This document shows, one piece after another, positions 55,721 through 64,000 of a stretch of 64,000 nt of DNA. Below the pieces are notes generated by a model that saw nothing but the letters and a program-made list of their open reading frames with translations, ran no database searches and was not told the origin of the DNA. Position numbers and translations under genes: made by a program. Numbering within the stretch: position 1 is the stretch's first letter; each line of letters starts with the position of its first letter. Source of the stretch: the human T2T-CHM13v2.0 reference genome, Homo sapiens; the NCBI RefSeq assembly GCF_009914755.1, contig NC_060936.1. The stretch is one strand, 5' to 3'.

Positions 55721-58700
55721 TGTAATTAAAAGCAAACAAACAAAAAACCTTACTTAACAAAATTACTGTACACTACCTATTTTTGGCACACTCTAACTAA
55801 TGGAGGCTACAGGTTCTTTTAGGGTCAGGCTTTATTGTACACCCTCAATAGGTATGCTTTCTTCCTCACTCTTTGAGGAACTAGATAATCAGGGTGACAA
55901 CGGTGTGATGAGCGGTTAGAACCAGACTAGACTGTCATCTTCTTGAGGGTAGGAATGCATTCTTCCTCGTTGCTGTAACTACAGGGCAGAGTACAGTGTT
56001 GGCAGATAACAGGCACTCTATAAACATCTGAGAGAATAAATGAAGGAAGACATAAACTCAGAGACGGGCCTGCTAAATGTGAATTTTCATCCAAACAACT
56101 GACCTTTCCATTTCATGAAGTGAGCTATTTAGCAACATTCTCTAGCATATGGATTATCTCTGTCTGTGGCATCCATTCTTCTTCCATCTGTTGAGGAATT
56201 TCATCTCCTTTCAAAGTCACATGAGGAGGCCTTGGTATATACTCTGCACATGGCACACATGGCATTTTATTTTAAAAGGATGTAACAGTATCACCTAGAT
56301 TTGGCAAACATCATAAAAAACTTAATTTGGTGATCAGTTCCCAGATTTTTTCCCCCTTTGATAGAATACATTAATAGATAACATTAATTCAGGTCCCTAA
56401 CACATATAAAACCTAGCAGTATTCAGTATCTGGTGTGTTTGCTTTTATTCTTAAAGAATCTGAAGGGATTTGACATTTTGTTTCATTCATTCACAGTCTC
56501 TTTTTTCATATCTAATGAACACGCTCTACAACAATGGCCCTCAGATCTCCACCATCTGCAGGGGACCGCATGCAGGTCATAGGCTAAGAACAACACCACA
56601 TCAGTATTGAATAAAAAAGTGAAACATCAAAGGCAGAGCTGGCTATGAGGTCTATGCTTTCAAGACCTCGTAGCTAGTTCCTCCTGTTTATTATTTTTTG
56701 TTTGATTGGATGATAAAGTAGTATGTCATTCCATGGTCCACAACCTGTGGTCAATTCCCTACAGAGGAACCAGATTGGGCAATATTTTTGTAAGCACATT
56801 TGTCCTAGTAGGGAAATAATGAAAACAAGAAGGGTGGGCACAAAAGATGTCTGAGGAGAGGGAACAAAGTCCTTTATTATCGAGGAAGATGATCTTGGGG
56901 TCTCAGCCAAGAGTCTTTTTATCTGGATGGTGATAATGATAATGATTCTCTCCGTAAATAATGTAGGCAAAAGACGGATTTTTGCTGGTTTGTTTCTCTC
57001 TTTATAGTCAATTGCACTCTATTTTCCCTCATGCCTGACTCACCCCCAAGCTGCCACGATTAGGACACATTTGTACCTCTGATAACCCAGGCATCAACTT
57101 TTTAAAATGTTGAGCTAGTGAGTTAGGTCTTAATGGAAAAATTTTCTCCTAGTATAGAACCTCTTTGGGCCATGAATAATTAATGTCAATTTATAGCTCA
57201 AGGGATGTCTCTGAGGAATCAATATAGTGAATTAACTTCCCCCACCCCCTTCACAACAAAATCTTTTTTAGGTATAATTAAGCCTTAGGAAGACCTATAC
57301 TCTCTTTAAAAGAAAATCTTAAATATAATTAACATTAGTTTTGTTTTCACTGTATTTTACATTTTATTAAATATTTCTAAAAGCTAGAAGCTGCACAGAG
57401 GTGGCCTAGGCTGTAATGGACATACAAATTGAATGATTAGGAAGTTACAGCTCTTACTACCATGGACAGGGCTCTGGCAAAGCGGACAGAACAAAATTAA
57501 AAGATGCCAGGATAAATATTCCAAAACAAATCCTCTTTTGTGCCACCTCCGTCACCCTATCCTTAAGAAAGAGATGAAGAAAGTTGTTCTTGAAAGATAT
57601 GTCTTCGTGTCAGAACAATGTCCAAGCTCTTGGTGATCACAATGACAATGCTATGGCACCCACTTTTATTTTCAAGAGAACCTTATCTTTATATCTCAAA
57701 TTTGAAGTCATCTCTGAACATGGCTCTTGCCTGTTTCATGGCATATTAGACAGGGATGGGGACTGCAGTGATGATCCCTGTTCTGACATCCCTAAATTTC
57801 CCATTGGTCCTGGTCCCTTTGCATTAACTCCAACCCTGCCAGCTCTGGCTAGCCCCTCCTTTTCCAGCAATCTCATCCATCATGGGAGCTGTCAATTGGG
57901 TGCCTCTGAGGCCCAGGGCTTGCAGAAGATGTTCTGAGGACAATGTCCATCTGTCATATATTATTACCAGTTTTCCTAAATAAACCCTGTAGTTAGGGAG
58001 GAGCAATTCTGGCCTAGGGAAAGGTACAGAAAATCAGAAAAGAGCTGAAGATGTCTAACAAGCCAGATCTTCTTTATTGAAGTTTCTACCTACTCCTATT
58101 GTCATCCTTCATTCTGAAAAGAAGAAAAAAGAAATGCATCCTGTGCTGAGCTGGAGATGAAAAATACAGGGTTCTTGCCTGCCTTTAAGAAACTTTCTGC
58201 CTAGAGTGAGGAGGCAGGCTTGAGAACAAATTAATCCACTCCATTGTTAGAGGAGCTCTAAGGGAACCAGGGGCTGGGGATAGTGGGGCACAAAGGAGAG
58301 TGTCAGAGAGGCTTTTCCGAGAAGGTGCTTAATTGTGTGTTCAAAAGTGAGCCGGTGCCCGCTGGGTAGACAAGGGGGCGGGGGCATTCCCAGCCGAGAG
58401 CAGGACCAGTGAGGGCAAGCACTGGGGAGTGCAAGGGGCTCAGTCCTGGGTCTTGGCAGAGCCTAATTGCCTGCTTCCTCCTTGAGCCTGAAGTCGGGAC
58501 TTGAAGCTGGAAAAACTCTCAGGCCAGAGGCAGATTTCTTTGTGGGCCTCAAAGTAATCTGTAGCCACCCAAACCTTCAAATCTCTCGGGGAGGTAGTGA
58601 CTCCTATGGTTAAAGAGATCCTTTTCAGGAAATGAGCTTTTGATAACTCCTGTCTCGCCTTGCCTTCAGTTCAGACAGGCTCAGGTAGCTGCCTTCTTCA

Positions 58701-58902
58701 ATCAACTGCGCGTGAACATGCTCACAGTTACTGCACTTCAGCCAGTGCCCCTCCTGTGCTAGCCTACCTGAGATTCATACATTTGCATGTCTGTTTTCTG
58801 GGACATTGATAACTGACTGAGCTGAGCCTTCCACCTCAAACATCTTTAAAAATTGTGACATGGTTTCATAAGGTATAAACCCCAATGGACACTGTTCTAT
58901 GG

Positions 58903-59254
58903 TATCTTAGTTGGTTCAGACCATTATAACAAAATACCCGAGGCCCGGTGGCTTATAAATAACACAAATTTGTTTCTCACAGTTCTGGAGGCTGCGAAAT
59001 GCAAGATCAAAGCTCTGGCAGATTCAGTGTCTGGTGAGGGTTCATAGATGGCACGTTCTTGGTGTTTCCTCACCTGGTAGAAGGGAAAAGGCAGCTTTCT
59101 GAGGTCTCTTCTATAAGAACACTAATCCCAATCGTGAGTGTTCCACCCTCATGACCTAATCACCTCCTACAGGTGCCACCTCTAGCACCATCACATTGGT
59201 GATTTGGTTTTAACATATGAAATTTGGGGTAACACAGACATTCAGACCTTAGCA
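58903..59254 (-). mobile_element. MLT1A-type MaLR LTR
   Basis: ctcacagttctggaggctg...tcagtgtctggtgaggg...ccctcatgacctaatcacctcc...cagacattcagaccttagca. Confidence 0.85.
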
Positions 59255-59479
59255 TATATCTAAAACTTTCTGTTAGAATTGATGCTTGCCAGGTTGGATA
59301 GCCCACATCTGCATAATAGTGGGACATTCCCCTCTTTCTTCAGAGTACCCCCTCCTTGTTCCTGAGAGTTTCCAAAGGAGGCCACAAACCTTCTTATGCA
59401 ACTGCCTGCCAGCTTCAGTGCCACATGAATCCACTCCCCTCCCCAGGCTGTCCACCTTTCCCTGGGACCATGGGTTCTA

Positions 59480-59690
59480 GAGGCAGACTGACTGCACTCA
59501 ATCCTGGCTCCAACACGTACCAGCTGTATGGCCTATGCAAGTTACTTAGCCATCTTGAGCTTTCATTTCATCATCTGTGAAACCTGGAACAATATGCTGA
59601 TTTTGAAGATACAATGAAATAATATTTATAAGACAGCTAGCATGATACCAAATACAGAGTAGAGCTTACTAGATGTTAGGTGCTCTTTTT
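59480..59690 (+). mobile_element. MIR
   Basis: aatcctggctcc...gcaagttacttagcc...ttcatcatctgtgaaa. Confidence 0.7.
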
Positions 59691-60353
59691 ACCACTGTTG
59701 ACACTGTTGCTGCCACAACCCACATCCACTGCCTGCAAAGTTGCTTGGTGAAGTCCCTTTTTTGCTATGTAGGCCAATGTACATGCCCAGGGAGCAACTT
59801 CTGAAAGTTTCCCGTGTCCCATCCTCGGGGTAACAGCATGTTTATTTTCATGTCTGACAATGAGTCAAATCTGTGCACATATATATGCCCTGGACCTGAA
59901 GTAACCTGGCTTATACTCAGAATTCTACCAAGTGCCCCAAGCTTGAATAGCTTCTGGCCTTCACTCCTCTAACCAAAGGTGCTAAAACTCTTTTGATAGG
60001 CTCTTATCTTCCATTTTCCTCTTCAACTTTCCTGGCCTTTGTTTATAAGCAAATGTCCTCTTATTTTTTTAGGTAGGAAACCAGAGTTCTCATGCATATG
60101 AGAAAAAAAGAGAGATACAGAGACAGAATTGGGATTTAGGTGTGGGAGAAGGATGTGGAGGGAGTGGAATTTGATTTAAACGAGCAGTTGACAACCAAAA
60201 ATGCAGTAGGATTGATGGTTCTATTATTAGAACATCTATTTGGCACTGTTTGTTTTTTTTCTCTCTCTCTCCAAACCAGGTTCTTAAAACAGAGACTTAT
60301 AACCTTTTGGAATTAAGATGAAAAATTATTTTGAACAATACTGTGTGCTTGCT

Positions 60354-60645
60354 GGCTGGGTGTGATGGATCATGCCTATAATCCCAGCACTTGGGAGGCT
60401 GGGTTGGGAGGATGGCTTGAGGCCAGGAGTTCAAGGTCAGCCAGGGCAACATAGTGAGACACCCATCTCTACAAAAAAGTTTAACCAGGCATTGTATCAC
60501 ATACTCTAGTCCTAGGTACTTGGGAGGTGGAGGGGGAAGGATTGCTTGAGCCCAGGAGTTCAAGGCTGCAGTGAGCCCGTGATCGCACCATTGCATTCCA
60601 GCCTGGGTGACACAAGGGGACTTTGTCTCAAACAAATAAACAAAA
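60354..60645 (+). mobile_element. AluJ (Jo/Jr-like)
   Basis: ggattgcttgagcccaggagttcaaggctgcagtgagc; TSD aatactgtgtgct(t/a)gc (60337-60352 / 60644-60659). Confidence 0.9.
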
Positions 60646-61224
60646 TACTGTGTGCTAGCAATCTAAACTTTTTTTTTTTTTTTTTGAGACTCACATGAAA
60701 ATTTCTTCCATTCTTGTTGTGTAACATTTTGGGCAGTCACACGTGGCACCCAGACAGGTGAAAGCTGGGAGTTGAGAATAAGAATACGGAATGGGTGTCC
60801 TTAGACCTTGTAGATATGACTGATGGACTTGGTACTATATTATGACTCCAGTGTGAGAGGGTGACAATGACCCAGGGCGATAGGCTCGAAAGCTGTGTAT
60901 GTAAAGAGAGCTTATAGGTGATTTATTTATCACATGGTGAACTGTTAGATTCAGGAATCTCCTATTGACTCTTAAAAGAGATTGAGGTGAAACCAATAAA
61001 TGTGACTTATCCAATAGTTGTTATGATACTTACTTTTATCATTTGATTTGTTTAATTTTATAAATTTACATTATAAGAAGTTTCTTCTCCTAGAGAAACA
61101 AAACAAATAAGGTTAAGTTTCCAAAAAAAGGTGGGACTTAGCCAGCAATCTCAGCTGCAGACAGAGACAAGAACGAAAGCTGTTTCATACCCTTATAAAA
61201 ATAATTGCAAAGATAGTCTTTGGC

Positions 61225-61887
61225 TGTTAAATATGTAAATGGCACAACCATTTTGGAAAACAGTTTGGCAGTGTCTTAAAAAGTTAAACATGCACTTATG
61301 ACCTAGCCATTTTAGTCCTAGAATATTTACCCGGGAGAAATGAAAGTCCAGGTCCACACAAAGACTTGCACATGAATGTTTACTGGTGCTTTATTTGTAA
61401 TAGCTCCAAACTGGAAACAACCCAAATCTCCATAAGCAGATGAATGGGTAAACAAATCATGTTATACAATGGAATACTACTCAGCAATTAAAAGGAATGA
61501 GCTGTTGACAACAAACAACAATGAAGATTAATTTCAAAATAATTGCATTGAGTGAATGATGCCAGACCTCCCCCAACCCCTCAAAAAAAGTAATACTGTG
61601 CGATTCCATGTATATAACATCTAAGAAAATGTAAACTAATCTATAGTGACAGAAAGCAGATCAGTGGTTGCCTGAGGATGATGGCAGGGTGGGGGTTGGA
61701 AACAGGAGTGGGAGAGAGGGATTATAAAGGGGAATGATAAAAGTTTTGGGGGTGATGGATATGTTCATTATCTTGATTGTGGTGATGGCTCTATGAGTGT
61801 AGGCATATGTCAAAAACCATCAAGTTACACCCTTTAAAAATGCAAAATTTATTGTATGCCAACTATGCCTCAATAAAGCTATAAAAA
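61225..61887 (+). mobile_element. L1M (MD/ME-like) 3' end
   Basis: ttggaaaacagtttggcag...aactggaaacaacccaaat...gacagaaagcagatcagtggttgcc...cctcaataaagct. Confidence 0.85.
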
Positions 61888-62054
61888 TTCCTAACAAAAA
61901 TAATTAATTTTTACACTCAATATTTTTACATTTCAAAGCTACCTATCAGCAAAAGTCATTCTGCTGGCTCTTTTAATTTCTAAAGGGATCCTAAAACCTT
62001 AACCTTTATCAGCATGCCCCATGCTAATCACATTAAAAACTGTCTTCTTCAGTG

Positions 62055-62290
62055 TAATAATAATGACAGTTAATATTCATTGGGCACTTTCTGCTGAATG
62101 AAAATATGTCAGTGATTTTCCTAGTATTATCTCATATAATGCTCCAAAAAAACTTTCCAGTGTAGGTACTGTTATTAGCTCTATTTTGTAGAAGAAGAAA
62201 CTGAGGTAGCGAGGCTTAGTCCAACAAAGGGCTAAGGGTAGAGAGTCCTAATTCAAAACCATATACAGTCCTACTTCTGGATTCTTTCCC
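62055..62290 (-). mobile_element. MIR
   Basis: gtaggtactgttattagctctattttgtagaagaagaaactgagg. Confidence 0.65.
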
Positions 62291-63271
62291 TTTCACTAAT
62301 AGGACATGAATACAAACTCACTTGGCAGAGGCAATGAATTCGTGCAGAAACAAGTCTTGTTGCTGTAACCCTGCAGCCCTTTCCCATGCTCTTTGGCCTC
62401 CTGGCTCTCTGTAATTCTAATTCTTTGTTTGAGCTTTTAATTCCCCACAGCATACTCTCCCTGCTTGTTTTCTAGATTCCCTACTGCCCTGGTTATTCTT
62501 CTAGTTGCTGGGCTAGTTACCATTATGATCTTCAATCCCTGCTCAATGCACAGAGCTTTGTCTGATTACTTACTCTCAGCTTTGATTAGTGACTTCTGTC
62601 AGATTCTTCAGGTAGAAGAAATCTTTGGAGCAGGAAGGGATGGATCCAGTTCAAGGTCAGGATGTGTGTCAAACTCTCGTCAAGGAATAAAGGGACAAGG
62701 CAGACGGACAAAATAAGAGAGAGGCTAGGACAGGAGGTTGGCAAACACTCAGGTAGAATCCATAATGAGAGTCAGCAGAGTGAGTGGTAAGTGTAAACTT
62801 AGCCGGAAAGCCCACATAGCAAGAAAGCATTTTGAGCCCTGCCGCATGCTGGGCTGTAGAACTAGCAGGAAGAGAAAGCAGGGTTGATAGGGCAGCCTCC
62901 AAGTAGCTCCTGAAATGCCCTGCAAGACACAAGCTCTCCTACCATACATTGAGGAACTGAGGGCTTCTGGCCCTGGGGCCAGCTTTGCCTGGGTTGACAG
63001 GGATCGCCAGAAGGCCCTACAAAATGTGGCTTCATAGTCTTTTTGCAGTCTGCCAGTCTCCCAGATTATTTTGGACTCCCTCTCTCTTTTTAATAAGTGG
63101 GAGAAAAAAAGAAAGATGGAAGATGACAATAAAAACCATATGGAGGCCTCTTCTCTGGCTGAAATCCTTTGATCTTTTCTCCAAACACGAGAAAGTACCC
63201 CTCCCACTCTGAAGTGTTTTCCAGCCTCTAGAAGAACAAATGTCTCAGGTAAATTTAATGCCATGGTTCAC

Positions 63272-63550
63272 TACTTCATTCATTTGTTCAAATACTAACT
63301 GAGCACTCACTACACGCCAGGATCTATGCCAGGAACTGAGGGTACCAGGAAAAATTCCCAGTCATAGCCTGTACTGAATCCACAGTCTAGGGAAGGGAGA
63401 TAATTACAAGATGGTGATACTATGCACAAGAATTTAGGGAGCTTTAAGAGGGGACACTTAAGGCAAGAGTGAGAGGGAGGGGAAAAAAGTGGTAGATGCT
63501 CTACAAGGCTCCCTGGAGGAGATGATACAGATATTGAGAGCTGAGCCATT
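63272..63550 (-). mobile_element. L2 3' end
   Basis: ttcattcatttgttcaaatactaactgagcactcactacacgccagg...cacagtctaggg. Confidence 0.7.
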
Positions 63551-64000
63551 CCTAGTTTTCTTACCAACTCAAATGCTTCCTTTCATAGAGCTTGGAGACT
63601 CTAATATCTCAACTTCTGCCAGGATTGTTTTCTGGAAGCCCTTATGTGTATCTACTTAAAAAAAAACAAGACAAACCACCAAACAATATAATTTAAACAG
63701 AAAGAAGACTCAACAGGTTTTGAAACATAGATTTAGAGTGGTTTCATAAGAGTAATCAACATAGAGAACTTGTGATCCAAGGAATTGGAATGTCTTCAAG
63801 AGTCAATATGCTCAAGTATGAATGGGTAAATTAACAGCTTTAGGGAAATTGGGTGTGTTCATTCATTTATTCATTTTTTTTTCAGTCAATAAATAAACAT
63901 GCTCTTTTCCAGGCATAGTACTAGACACTGAGGATTCAGAAATGAAAAAATTTGTTTAGCAGGTTGACCATAAACATTTGTTGATCCATAGCTTGCTTTT

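Overview
AT-rich primate genomic DNA, almost certainly human given two near-consensus AluYa5-lineage insertions. I find no supportable protein-coding gene, tRNA, rRNA or CRISPR feature. Much of the window is interspersed repeat: about 13 Alus, L1M/L2/MIR relics, hAT MITEs (MER119-like, MER1B, MER5A, MER91-like), an LTR16 plus ERVL gag remnant, MaLR LTRs, and three related ERV1 solo LTRs (MER52, LTR28-like, LTR1). Several are nested with intact target-site duplications (TSDs). Between the repeats lie unique, repeat-poor blocks (~19-21, 27-28, 39.5, 45.5-51 kb) with homeodomain, PBX/MEIS, SOX and POU motif clusters, suggesting a developmental-regulator gene desert or lncRNA intron (inference). 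The strongest unexplained signal is a textbook 137-nt + strand intron at 27250-27386 (GTGAGT donor, TACTAAC branch point, polypyrimidine-TAG acceptor) inside a CpG-retaining block with a TATA-like and a CTCF-like motif, a candidate 5' end of an enhancer-associated spliced lncRNA. Repeat subfamily names come from recalled consensus sequences, and boundaries of old repeats are approximate. I cannot place the locus without a genome search, and I see no evidence for a wholly new biological system.
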